Below, piece by piece: positions 41,371 through 50,725 of a DNA stretch of 64,000 nucleotides (position 1 is the stretch's first letter; each line of letters begins with the position of its first letter). Source of the stretch: Dehalococcoidia bacterium (GTDB lineage: Bacteria > Chloroflexota > Dehalococcoidia > Lucifugimonadales > GCA-002694895); NCBI GenBank assembly GCA_045564835.1, contig JBJLGN010000030.1:37545-101544 (forward strand), written 5' to 3'. The notes under the pieces were generated by a model. That model was not told the DNA's origin. It was given only the letters and a program-made list of their open reading frames with translations, and ran no database searches. A program made the translations under genes and the position numbers.

Positions 41371-41991
41371 ATGACTAAAAACAATTCTCGAAACATTATA
41401 TTTATAGTTATAAGTACATATCTCGCATTACAAATTTTTTCTGATATAGGTTCGTTAAAAATATTGAAATTATTTTCATTTAGTATTGATGGTGGTACTT
41501 TTTTATATCCTTTTACATTTACTTTAAGAGATTTAATTCATCGCTTAACAAACAAAAGAACTTCTCAACTAATAATTTTTCAATCAGTAATTCTTAATTT
41601 GTTTATGGCTTTATTCTTTTTTATTATAGGAATATTACCTTCAGATTTAGAAGTTGGTGAGCAAAGCGAATTTTCTTATGTACTTAGTCCGGTATGGAGA
41701 TTAGTGATAGCTTCTTCTATTGCTGAATTATTGTCAGAGTTACTAGATACAGAAATTTATTCTTTTTGGGTTAAAAAATATAAAGAAAAATTGTTATGGG
41801 GTAGAGTACTTTTTAGCAATTCTTTAGCATTAATTCTTGATAGTGTTTTATTTTGTATAATAGCTTTTTATGGAGAATTGCCTAATAGTGTTTTATTATC
41901 AGTTATTATAAGTAATATTTTAATTAAGGAAATAATTACTATTATTTCTATACCTAGTATTTATTTAATTAAAATAAACAATCTAAATTAG
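41371..41991 (+). CDS. Queuosine precursor transporter (YhhQ/VUT family)
   Basis: GTFLYPFTF..D, RLVIAS, SELLD, R..SN, DS..F..IAF. Confidence 0.82.
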   Translation: MTKNNSRNIIFIVISTYLALQIFSDIGSLKILKLFSFSIDGGTFLYPFTFTLRDLIHRLTNKRTSQLIIFQSVILNLFMALFFFIIGILPSDLEVGEQSEFSYVLSPVWRLVIASSIAELLSELLDTEIYSFWVKKYKEKLLWGRVLFSNSLALILDSVLFCIIAFYGELPNSVLLSVIISNILIKEIITIISIPSIYLIKINNLN

Positions 41992-43616
41992 GCTGTTAAA
42001 TCACCTAAGATATTACCTTTAGAATCGATATCTAATTCTCTTGGAGATTTTGGCAATCCTGGCATAGTCATTACTGACCCTGCTATAGGATAAATAAAGC
42101 CTGCGCCAACTGATGCTCTTATGTCACTTATTTCAAAAGTATAATTTTTTGGAAGTGCTTTTAATCTTGGATTATGAGAAATGGACAAAGGTGTTTTTGC
42201 CATACATATTGGTAAATTACCCCAACCATTTTCTTCAAATTTTTTGATTTTCTTTCTTGCCATTGCTGACCAAGATACTTTATCGGCATTATAGATATTT
42301 GTTGCTAACTTTGATACTTTTTCCTGTATCGGGTCATTAAGATCATAAATGTAATTATTGGTAATTGGTTTTTTTGTTGATTCAATAACTGATTCAGCTA
42401 ATTCTATGTTACCTTCTCCGCCCTTCGAATAACTATCTGACTCTACAACGGAAAACGCTTTTGTACCATCAAGTAGTTTCTTAACTAAACTTATTTCTTC
42501 TTTAGAATCATCTGGGAAAATATTAAGAGCTACAACTGGCTCAATTCCAAATTTGTTTATATTATTAATATGATGAATTAGGTTTTCAATTCCTAACTCT
42601 ATTGCTTCACTATTTTGTTCTTTAAGATTAGAAAATTTAACACCACCATGAGATTTTATTGCTCTAATGGTTCCAACTATGACTGCTCCTTGAGGTTTTA
42701 AATCTGATGTTCTGGATTTAATATGCATAAATTTTTCAAAGCCTAAATCTGCACCAAAACCCGCTTCTGATAATACATAATCTCCAACCTGTGTAGCAAA
42801 AGTATCTCCAATAACGGAACTGCACCCATGAGCAATATTTCCAAATGGACCTGTATGAATTATTGCAGGATTTCCTTCTGTAGTTTGTACTATATTTGGC
42901 ATCAACGCATGTCTTAAAACAGATAGTAAAGAACCAACAATATTAAAATCTTTAACATATATAGGTTTACCTGAATTATCTGCTCCAACAACTATATTTT
43001 CTAGTCTATTTCTAAGATCATCTAAATTTTTTGATAACGCCATTATCGCCATTATTTCTGATGCTGTAACTATATCAAAACTTGTTTCTCTAAGTGGGGC
43101 ATTGTTACTTCCTCCCAGGCCAGTAACTATATTTCTTAATCCTCTATCTAGGACATCTGTTACTCTGTTCCAGGTTATTCCATCTGATGTCATATTTTCA
43201 ATTTGATTTCTTTGAACTGCATTGTCTACTAGCGCTGACAGTAAATTATGAGCCGAACCTATAGCATGAGCATCTCCAGTGAAATGGATATTGATTTCAT
43301 CCTCTGGCACTACTTTTGATTTACCACCACCTGTTCCGCCTCCCTTTATCCCAAATACAGGCCCCAATGATGGCTCTCTGAGACTTGTTATTGCAAGTTT
43401 ACCTAACTTATTAATACCTTGGGTTAAACCTATTGCTGTTGTGGTTTTACCTTCTCCAGCTTTAGTTGGAGTAATTCCTGTTACTACAATTAATTTACCA
43501 TTACCTGGTTTTTCTTTTATAAATTCAAAAGGTATTTTTGCTTTATAGTTACCGACTTGAATAATTTCTTTTTCGTCGAGGCCTAGCTTTTTAGCTATAT
43601 TAGATATATGATTCAT
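41988..43616 (-). CDS. fhs: Formate--tetrahydrofolate ligase
   Basis: TPTKAGEGKTT, REPSLGPVFGIKGG, GPFGNIAHG, EAGFGADLG, MPGLP. Confidence 0.96.
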   Translation of the reverse strand: MNHISNIAKKLGLDEKEIIQVGNYKAKIPFEFIKEKPGNGKLIVVTGITPTKAGEGKTTTAIGLTQGINKLGKLAITSLREPSLGPVFGIKGGGTGGGKSKVVPEDEINIHFTGDAHAIGSAHNLLSALVDNAVQRNQIENMTSDGITWNRVTDVLDRGLRNIVTGLGGSNNAPLRETSFDIVTASEIMAIMALSKNLDDLRNRLENIVVGADNSGKPIYVKDFNIVGSLLSVLRHALMPNIVQTTEGNPAIIHTGPFGNIAHGCSSVIGDTFATQVGDYVLSEAGFGADLGFEKFMHIKSRTSDLKPQGAVIVGTIRAIKSHGGVKFSNLKEQNSEAIELGIENLIHHINNINKFGIEPVVALNIFPDDSKEEISLVKKLLDGTKAFSVVESDSYSKGGEGNIELAESVIESTKKPITNNYIYDLNDPIQEKVSKLATNIYNADKVSWSAMARKKIKKFEENGWGNLPICMAKTPLSISHNPRLKALPKNYTFEISDIRASVGAGFIYPIAGSVMTMPGLPKSPRELDIDSKGNILGDLTA

Positions 43617-43693
43617 GGATTACTCATTTTTATAGATTTTAAATTATATCAGAAAATAGCATGAAGATTTATTATTTGTAAGTCAAGTTATAT

Positions 43694-45118
43694 ATGGGAA
43701 TAGTTATGTCAAACAAAATCGAAATGAATAAAAAGTCTATTAGAGGTTGGTATATATATGATTGGGCTCACTCAGCTCATTCAACAAGTGTAATGGTTGC
43801 AATAGCACCAGTCTACTTTGTTAATTTGTATAAAGAAGTTTTTGGATCTGGAGGATATTCGTTTTATGGGTTTGATTTTACTGGTACTAATGTTTGGAGT
43901 ATAGGAATATCGTTATCGATATTAATAATTGCTTTTTTAAATCCAATACTTGCAGTTATTGCTGATAAAACACCAACGAAAATGACTTTTTTGAAAATAT
44001 TTACTATATTTGGTTGCATCCCAACTTTACTAATGTTTTTCACTCCATACATGGGTACAGGATGGTTGTTTTTATTACTAATGATTGTAATCTCAGTTAT
44101 GGGTTTTTCTGGTGCGTGGACATTTGCAAATAGTTTCTTACCTCATTTAGCACCTAAAAAACACTTGGATGAAATTAGTAGTAAAGGTTTTGCTTATGGT
44201 TATCTTGGTGGTGGTATTTTACTTACAATTCATTTAGCTATTATTACTATTACTGACTCATCTGAATTATTTATTCAGTTATCACTTGCATCAGTTGCTA
44301 TATGGTGGGGTGGTTTTTCATTAATAACTTTTTCAACATTAAAAGAACCTTATATAGACCCCAAAGAAAAAGTAAATATTGATTTGAAAATTATAACTAT
44401 CGCATTTAAACAGATTAGAACTACTTTATCTAATGTTGGCGAATATAAAACTTTATTTATCTATTTAATAGTTTATCTACTATTTAATGATGGAATTCAA
44501 ACTGTTCTTAGTATTGCAGGAGCATATGGAGCAGATACTCTAGGAGTAGATCTTATATTCAATATGGCAACGATTGTTATAGTACAATTTATAGCTGCTC
44601 CTGGATCAATGTTATTTAATACTTTTGCAAGAATTTATTCTTCAAAGAAATCCCTTATGATTTCATTGGTGGGATGGATAATTATAGTATTTTTAGCTAT
44701 GGGATTCGCGCCTCTAGAAGATAGTGGTGAATATGCAATAAAAGATGGACTGTTTTCATGGTGGCCTAAATTAATACGTACATATCTATGGGAACCTTTA
44801 GGATTGAATGTTAATTTTCAATGGCTGATTTTAGGTACTTTTGTCGGAATAGTCATGGGTGGAAGCCAGGCTATAGCAAGAAGTATTTTTGCGGCAATGA
44901 CACCTCTTAAACAAAGTGCTGAATTTTTCTCTTTTCTTGGCTTCATGTCTAGAGGAGCCTCGATTTTCGGACCGCTGCTTTATGCTTTAGTTGCAGGATT
45001 CCTAGGAGCTAGAACAGCAATATTTAGTGTCTCAATATTTTTAATTGCTGGAACTATAGGCATGCAATTACTTGTGGATGTTGAAAAAGGGAAGAAAGAA
45101 GCTATGAAAACTAAATAA
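43694..45118 (+). CDS. MFS transporter (UMF1/ATG22-like)
   Basis: WYIYDWA, GFAYGYLGG, NDG, GGSQAIARS, AEFF. Confidence 0.87.
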   Translation: MGIVMSNKIEMNKKSIRGWYIYDWAHSAHSTSVMVAIAPVYFVNLYKEVFGSGGYSFYGFDFTGTNVWSIGISLSILIIAFLNPILAVIADKTPTKMTFLKIFTIFGCIPTLLMFFTPYMGTGWLFLLLMIVISVMGFSGAWTFANSFLPHLAPKKHLDEISSKGFAYGYLGGGILLTIHLAIITITDSSELFIQLSLASVAIWWGGFSLITFSTLKEPYIDPKEKVNIDLKIITIAFKQIRTTLSNVGEYKTLFIYLIVYLLFNDGIQTVLSIAGAYGADTLGVDLIFNMATIVIVQFIAAPGSMLFNTFARIYSSKKSLMISLVGWIIIVFLAMGFAPLEDSGEYAIKDGLFSWWPKLIRTYLWEPLGLNVNFQWLILGTFVGIVMGGSQAIARSIFAAMTPLKQSAEFFSFLGFMSRGASIFGPLLYALVAGFLGARTAIFSVSIFLIAGTIGMQLLVDVEKGKKEAMKTK

Positions 45119-45145
45119 TTTATATAGATATAGATTTTCGTTTAA

Positions 45146-46423
45146 TTAACTATTCTTGCCTTCTGTACTTACATCAGTATTCTTACCGTCTGTACTTACA
45201 TCACTAATATGATCATTTATTTTGTCGGGCCAATCTGATGTTACCGCTGAAACCCCAATTTTTCTTAACATGACTACATCTTCCGGATTTTCTATTCCCC
45301 ATACTCCTACAAATAGCCCTTTTTCTTTTGCATATTTAACTGAATGTTCCGAGGTCATCTTGGCGTAAGGGAATATTCCTTGAATGCCTAATTTGCTTGC
45401 TATATCTATGTCAGTGTCTGTTAATTCACCTACTAACCATCCATGTCTAACTACTGGTAATAATTCAATAGATCTTAATACTTGCTCTAAATGAAATGAA
45501 ATAATTGTTAGCCCAGGTATTTGTGACATAGGGTTCCCCGCAATTTTATCCCAATTTTCATTTTCTATCAAAGCAGAAACCTGATTGGTAAGATTTGATT
45601 GATCAGATTTCAATTCTAGAACTAGGTGAATTTGATTAGAGTATTTTTTTAACAATTCAGAAAGTGTTGGAATTTTTTCATCTTTGAATTCCTTATTAAA
45701 CCAACTTCCAAAATCTAAAGATTTGATTTCATTTAATTTCATTTCTCTGACTAGTCCTTTGCCATTAGAAGTTCTGTCTACTTTATCGTCATGTATTATT
45801 ACTGGAATATTATCTGCTGTTAACTGAACATCAGTTTCTATAAAATTAAAGTTATTTTTTATTGCCGAATCAAAAGCTGCGAAAGTATTCTCAGGCGCTT
45901 TTGAGGAATAACCTCTATGTGCAATTGATCCAAATTCGTTAGGTAATTGGTTATTTTCTTTTGAAGTTTGGATATCACTGGTAAATCCATTAAATTTTGA
46001 CTCTACTTCTTTTAAAAAATCTGAATTCAATGGTACATAATTTAATGGGACAATATTATATTCGATAGTATCTAATAACAATGTTGTATAGCCCAATGTT
46101 TTACCAAACATTCCAACTTTAGATTCAACTCGAGTAATTTTAGTTATAGGTATTTCATATCTTTGTGAACCTAGTAATGATCCTTGAATGATTTCTATTT
46201 GATTTAATGTGATAGAGTATTTTGTTCTATAAGTAGAGATTATTCTTGGTACAACAACGATTAACGCGAATATTATTAATGGGCTTTCTAATATAGCAAC
46301 ATCACCACTTATCAAAGGATATACAATGATTACTACGATCCATGGAACTAAAAACCATAGCCAGCCCCAATAGGAAGGTTTTATTGAAATTAGATCATTA
46401 TTTTGTTGATTGTTTGATTCCAT
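45146..46423 (-). CDS. bPH-domain membrane protein fused to glycerophosphodiester phosphodiesterase
   Basis: Two N-terminal TM plus YSIT..IEI..G PH-like segment; AHRG, PENT, ETDV, HD..DRT, ELK. Confidence 0.85.
   Translation of the reverse strand: MESNNQQNNDLISIKPSYWGWLWFLVPWIVVIIVYPLISGDVAILESPLIIFALIVVVPRIISTYRTKYSITLNQIEIIQGSLLGSQRYEIPITKITRVESKVGMFGKTLGYTTLLLDTIEYNIVPLNYVPLNSDFLKEVESKFNGFTSDIQTSKENNQLPNEFGSIAHRGYSSKAPENTFAAFDSAIKNNFNFIETDVQLTADNIPVIIHDDKVDRTSNGKGLVREMKLNEIKSLDFGSWFNKEFKDEKIPTLSELLKKYSNQIHLVLELKSDQSNLTNQVSALIENENWDKIAGNPMSQIPGLTIISFHLEQVLRSIELLPVVRHGWLVGELTDTDIDIASKLGIQGIFPYAKMTSEHSVKYAKEKGLFVGVWGIENPEDVVMLRKIGVSAVTSDWPDKINDHISDVSTDGKNTDVSTEGKNS
45151..45204. repeat. 27-bp imperfect tandem duplication at the 3' end of the GDPD gene
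   Basis: tattcttgccttctgtacttacatcag / tattcttaccgtctgtacttacatcac encoding DVSTDGKNT/DVSTEGKNS. Confidence 0.8.
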
Positions 46424-46435
46424 TATTTTTTATTG

Positions 46436-47461
46436 TTATTTATTTTTTATTAATTCTTTGGCATAGGTAAATAAATTAGGAGTACCGCCACTATGAATAA
46501 ATATTATATTATCTTTATCAGAAAATTTGTTGTTTTTTATATGCTCTAAAAGAGCATTCATGCATTTTGATGTGTAAATTGGGTCAAGAAAGATAGATTC
46601 ATATTTGGCTAACAATTTAATTGCTTCTATTCCACCATGAGTAGATATTCCATATTTTTTACCCACAAAATCAAAATTATAATTTATATCTGAGATTTCT
46701 AATTCCATATTTATATCAAGAAATTTTGCTAATTTATTTGCACTTAAAATTCCTTCATTTTGCATACCTTTATGAGTGTCATATGAATATGGAGATATTG
46801 CATTAATTTCCCATCCTAAATCACAATATTTGTTAACCATAGCTAGACCAACAACAGAATTGCCAGCTACTTGATATATTTTTACATTATTTAATTCTAA
46901 CTCACAGATTTGTTTATATAATTCAATAGCACCAGAAATGTAACCAATAATTGAAGATTGTTTTACGAAAATTTGTTCGGATCTCAAATAAGGTTTGAAT
47001 CCTTGTTTACTCAATTTAATGGATAATTCTTTACAATAATCATTTATTTCTTTTGAATCATCTGTGTCAATTTCATGAATTTCAACATTCATTAATTTTT
47101 GTAATAAATAATTACCTTGGTTTTCTTTATTGGCACTTTTACTTAAAACAGCAATATATTTAATTCCAGCTTTAGTGCACGCCGCCGCATTTATTCGAGA
47201 ATTGTTTGAAACTTTTTGGTCGCTATTGATAAATGCATCATATTTTTTATCGATCATATCTCCTATACGAAACTCTAAATGTCTTACTTTATTACCTCCA
47301 AAAGCTAATCCTGACAAATCATCTCTTTTTATAAATAAATTTTTGCTATCAAGATGTTTTTCAAGATTACTACATTTATATAAAGGAGTAGGGAAATAAC
47401 CTAATTTAAATTTTGGTAATTTATTAATTTGGCTTTCAAGTGATATTATTTTTTTATTCAC
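46436..47461 (-). CDS. D-cysteine desulfhydrase/cysteate sulfo-lyase/ACC deaminase family PLP enzyme
   Basis: PTPL, IKRDD, GGNKVR, LDPIYTSK, FIHSGG; GTG start. Confidence 0.85.
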   Translation of the reverse strand: MNKKIISLESQINKLPKFKLGYFPTPLYKCSNLEKHLDSKNLFIKRDDLSGLAFGGNKVRHLEFRIGDMIDKKYDAFINSDQKVSNNSRINAAACTKAGIKYIAVLSKSANKENQGNYLLQKLMNVEIHEIDTDDSKEINDYCKELSIKLSKQGFKPYLRSEQIFVKQSSIIGYISGAIELYKQICELELNNVKIYQVAGNSVVGLAMVNKYCDLGWEINAISPYSYDTHKGMQNEGILSANKLAKFLDINMELEISDINYNFDFVGKKYGISTHGGIEAIKLLAKYESIFLDPIYTSKCMNALLEHIKNNKFSDKDNIIFIHSGGTPNLFTYAKELIKNK

Positions 47462-48601
47462 TTATTTAGCCCACCATGTTTTAGGTTTTTTTCTCTTTCC
47501 AAAAAACCTATCAAAATAAATTAATATTTTTCTCAAAGGTGTATTAGCTAATTTGATTCCTATTTTATGAATTAATTTATCAAAATCTTTATTGTAAGGG
47601 CAAACTCTGATACAAATTGTACAATCACTACTTTGAGACGCCCAGAACTTGAAGCATTTTTCTGCATTCACTGACCATTTTTTCACACCTTTGATATTAG
47701 ATATATTTATTTGCTTATATGAAGGCTGATCATTTGGGATTGCTCTAGGAGGGCATTCGTTTGCGCATCTTTGGCATATTGAACAATAATTTTTGACTCC
47801 AAATGATATGGGACTATCATGTTCTAGTGGTAAATCTGTAAAGATTTTTGAAATTCTAACTCTTGGACCAAATTTCTTTGTTATTAACAGTCCGTTTCTT
47901 GCATATTCTCCTAACCCAGCTTCTATGGCTAAAGGTATGGATAAAGCTGTGTCATTTTGACTAGCAACAGCTTTATATCCTAAATTAATAATATATTGAG
48001 CTAAAGATAAAGCTGATGATAAATCATTAGAATAACCTAACCCTGTTGCTGCTCCACTAAGTGCTGATGGGGCGGTATCAATTAGGTCTTTGTCCATTTC
48101 ATTTGCAATAACAATAACATTTTTAAGTGATTCGTCTAAGTTGTTTTCTGAAGTATTATTCTTATCTCTATTATATTTATGTGAATAGACCCATTTAGGA
48201 TTAAATTTAGTTACTCCTACTAAATCAGCTCCTAATTTTTTTGCTACAACTTTTATTTCTTTTGTTAATTGTTTTGAAGAATCTATTTTATATTTTGTAT
48301 AAGTTCCTTTTTTTTGGACTGAAAAATAGTCAGTAAAACCTTCGGATCTTCCATTGTTTTTATTAGAATTAGAGAAGAAATCAGACATAAACCAACCAGC
48401 ATTTCTAAACGCATAATCTTTATGACTAAACCCTTCAGGTCTTTTTTTATCTTCCGGAGGTTTGATATAGTCTTGATAAAATTTTTCTGTTTTATCGCTT
48501 CTAATAGATTCATCCCATAGGGATCTGTTGAATATATCATTCTTTTGATTGAATTTCTCAAATTTTTGTTCATTTATTTTTTTAGTATTATTCTTTTTCA
48601 T
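47462..48601 (-). CDS. Reductive dehalogenase-like cobalamin/2x[4Fe-4S] protein
   Basis: GADLVG, AGLGEYARNG, GPRVR..IFTDLPL, CSICQRCANECP, C..FW..CTICIRVCP; start re-assigned to MKKNN. Confidence 0.85.
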   Translation of the reverse strand: MKKNNTKKINEQKFEKFNQKNDIFNRSLWDESIRSDKTEKFYQDYIKPPEDKKRPEGFSHKDYAFRNAGWFMSDFFSNSNKNNGRSEGFTDYFSVQKKGTYTKYKIDSSKQLTKEIKVVAKKLGADLVGVTKFNPKWVYSHKYNRDKNNTSENNLDESLKNVIVIANEMDKDLIDTAPSALSGAATGLGYSNDLSSALSLAQYIINLGYKAVASQNDTALSIPLAIEAGLGEYARNGLLITKKFGPRVRISKIFTDLPLEHDSPISFGVKNYCSICQRCANECPPRAIPNDQPSYKQINISNIKGVKKWSVNAEKCFKFWASQSSDCTICIRVCPYNKDFDKLIHKIGIKLANTPLRKILIYFDRFFGKRKKPKTWWAK

Positions 48602-48603
48602 AC

Positions 48604-49689
48604 TCACATAAATAATGTTATAAATAACAAACTGCATGCTCCAACAATAGTAGCAATTAATATCCCCACTAAAAAGGGCTTTAAACCTAATCCTTTTATA
48701 GATTTTATATCAGTTGTCATTCCTACGGATCCCATTGCTATTATAAGTAAAAATTTTGAAACAGATGTTAATTGATTAGTTATTTCTGTCCATGAACTTT
48801 CACTTATAAATGTTGTGGAACTGAATGACAAATCTCCCAAAGTTCTTATAATACTCATTAAAAAGAATCCTAAAATAAACATAGGGATTAGTTTGGAAAT
48901 TTCTTTTAAATTTAATATTTGAAGATTTTGTTCTGAAGACTTTTTGTATAATATTGTCATTATTGGTATTACAAAAACCATACTTAAGTTTCTAACTAAT
49001 TTTACTGTTATTGCATATTTGCCTACATTTTCTTTGTCAAATGTTTCATCATAAATAAATCCGGCACCAGTTACTTGAGCAGTTTCATGAATAGAAGTTC
49101 CCAAAAATAAACCAGCATTTTTTTCTGAAAATTCGAGAAGATTTGCTAGAAATGGGTACAATATCATTGCAAGTAACCCAAATATTGTTATTACTGTTAT
49201 CGAGTAAGCTATTTCTTCTTTTTTCGCATTAATTCCTGGAGCAGTTGCAACTATAGCTGATGCTCCACATATACTTGTCCCTACTGCTATTAAAACACCT
49301 AATTTACTTGGCAAGTTTAAAAGCTTTGTTAATAGGTAGCCTGTTACTAATCCGGCTAGAATGCAAACTATTATTATTGGTATTCCACTCATTCCAAGCG
49401 AGAAAATTTCAGAAATACTAAGTCTGATTCCTAAAATTATTATCCCTATTCTTAGTATTTTTTTTACATTAAAATCCAAGCCTTCATCAAATCGTTTATT
49501 TATTCCTATGAACGTTTTTACTATTATCCCAAGAATTATAGCTAACAATATTGAGCTTATTAAAGATTTATATCCGATTAGATTATTTAAGTACTTTGCA
49601 GAATAATAAGATAATACAGCAATAATCACTCCAAGTACTATTCCAGGTAATATTTCGTTGATTGTATTTTTATATAAACTTTTATTCAT
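48604..49689 (-). CDS. YeiH family putative sulfite/sulfate exporter
   Basis: LRIGIIILG, GTSICGASAI, GTSIHETAQV, VKLVRN. Confidence 0.9.
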   Translation of the reverse strand: MNKSLYKNTINEILPGIVLGVIIAVLSYYSAKYLNNLIGYKSLISSILLAIILGIIVKTFIGINKRFDEGLDFNVKKILRIGIIILGIRLSISEIFSLGMSGIPIIIVCILAGLVTGYLLTKLLNLPSKLGVLIAVGTSICGASAIVATAPGINAKKEEIAYSITVITIFGLLAMILYPFLANLLEFSEKNAGLFLGTSIHETAQVTGAGFIYDETFDKENVGKYAITVKLVRNLSMVFVIPIMTILYKKSSEQNLQILNLKEISKLIPMFILGFFLMSIIRTLGDLSFSSTTFISESSWTEITNQLTSVSKFLLIIAMGSVGMTTDIKSIKGLGLKPFLVGILIATIVGACSLLFITLFM

Positions 49690-50718
49690 TTAACTGTGTA
49701 AAAAATTAATTATATCTCCGTCTTTCACTATGTATTCTTTTCCGTTACCTTTAACTTTACCTTCTTTCTTACATTGATTCCAAGACCCTAATTCTAAAAA
49801 TATATTGAAATCAATTACTTCTGCTCTTATAAATCCTTTTGAAATATCTGAATGTATTTTGGAAGACGAAACCAATGCAGAATCTCCATTTTGTATTTCC
49901 CATGCTTTGATTTCTTGATCTCCTGCTGTAATAAATATAATCTTACCCATTCCTTTATACAGCTCTTGTATTAAATTATATTTCAAATGTTTTTCTATAT
50001 TTAAGCTTTTTCTGAACTCATTTGATTCATCTTCAGATAACTCAGACAATTCCATTTCTAGTTTGGCAGGATATAAAAAATGATTAATATCACTCATTAA
50101 ATTAACATTATCATCCATTTCCATTATCTCTGTATCAGAATTTAATAAAACAAATATTGGTTTGAGTGTAACCAAATTATACCCACCAAGTTTTCTTGTG
50201 TCTCCTTCATTTAACTTGTACGAGTTTAAAGCTTTACCTGATTCAAGATGTTCTTTTAAATTGTTTAGTAATTCTATTTCAGAATTAATTAATTCTATTT
50301 CTTGCTTGGTCTTACCTTTGGAGGATTTCAATCTTCTCTCAATGACACTTTCTATTATTATTGTGTCTGATACTATTAATTCGGTTATTATCTCATTTAT
50401 ATCATTTTGAATTTTAGAAGTGTCCTTTATATCAAAGCATTTAATAACCAGTATAATCCCATAAGATTTTTGCAATGAATCTATTCCTTTTAATTCTGTA
50501 CTTTTAGAATTAAGAGACAATATATCTAATTCTGAAAAAGAAATTTCTGGGAATGTTAAATTATTGTGACCAAGAAGTTTACCAACTTCATTAAGCCTAT
50601 TATCTTTTACTTTTACTGTACAATACTCAGGAAGAGGATCATTTTCTGAAATGTCTAGGAGTGATTTCAAGAAAGTAGATTTTCCTGATTGAGGCAATCC
50701 TAATATCGAAATATTCAT
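49690..50718 (-). CDS. YchF-like Obg-family ATPase (divergent)
   Basis: GLPQSGKST; C-terminal AW..IHSD..GFIRAEV..GKEYIVKDGD. Confidence 0.8.
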   Translation of the reverse strand: MNISILGLPQSGKSTFLKSLLDISENDPLPEYCTVKVKDNRLNEVGKLLGHNNLTFPEISFSELDILSLNSKSTELKGIDSLQKSYGIILVIKCFDIKDTSKIQNDINEIITELIVSDTIIIESVIERRLKSSKGKTKQEIELINSEIELLNNLKEHLESGKALNSYKLNEGDTRKLGGYNLVTLKPIFVLLNSDTEIMEMDDNVNLMSDINHFLYPAKLEMELSELSEDESNEFRKSLNIEKHLKYNLIQELYKGMGKIIFITAGDQEIKAWEIQNGDSALVSSSKIHSDISKGFIRAEVIDFNIFLELGSWNQCKKEGKVKGNGKEYIVKDGDIINFLHS

Positions 50719-50725
50719 TAAATTA

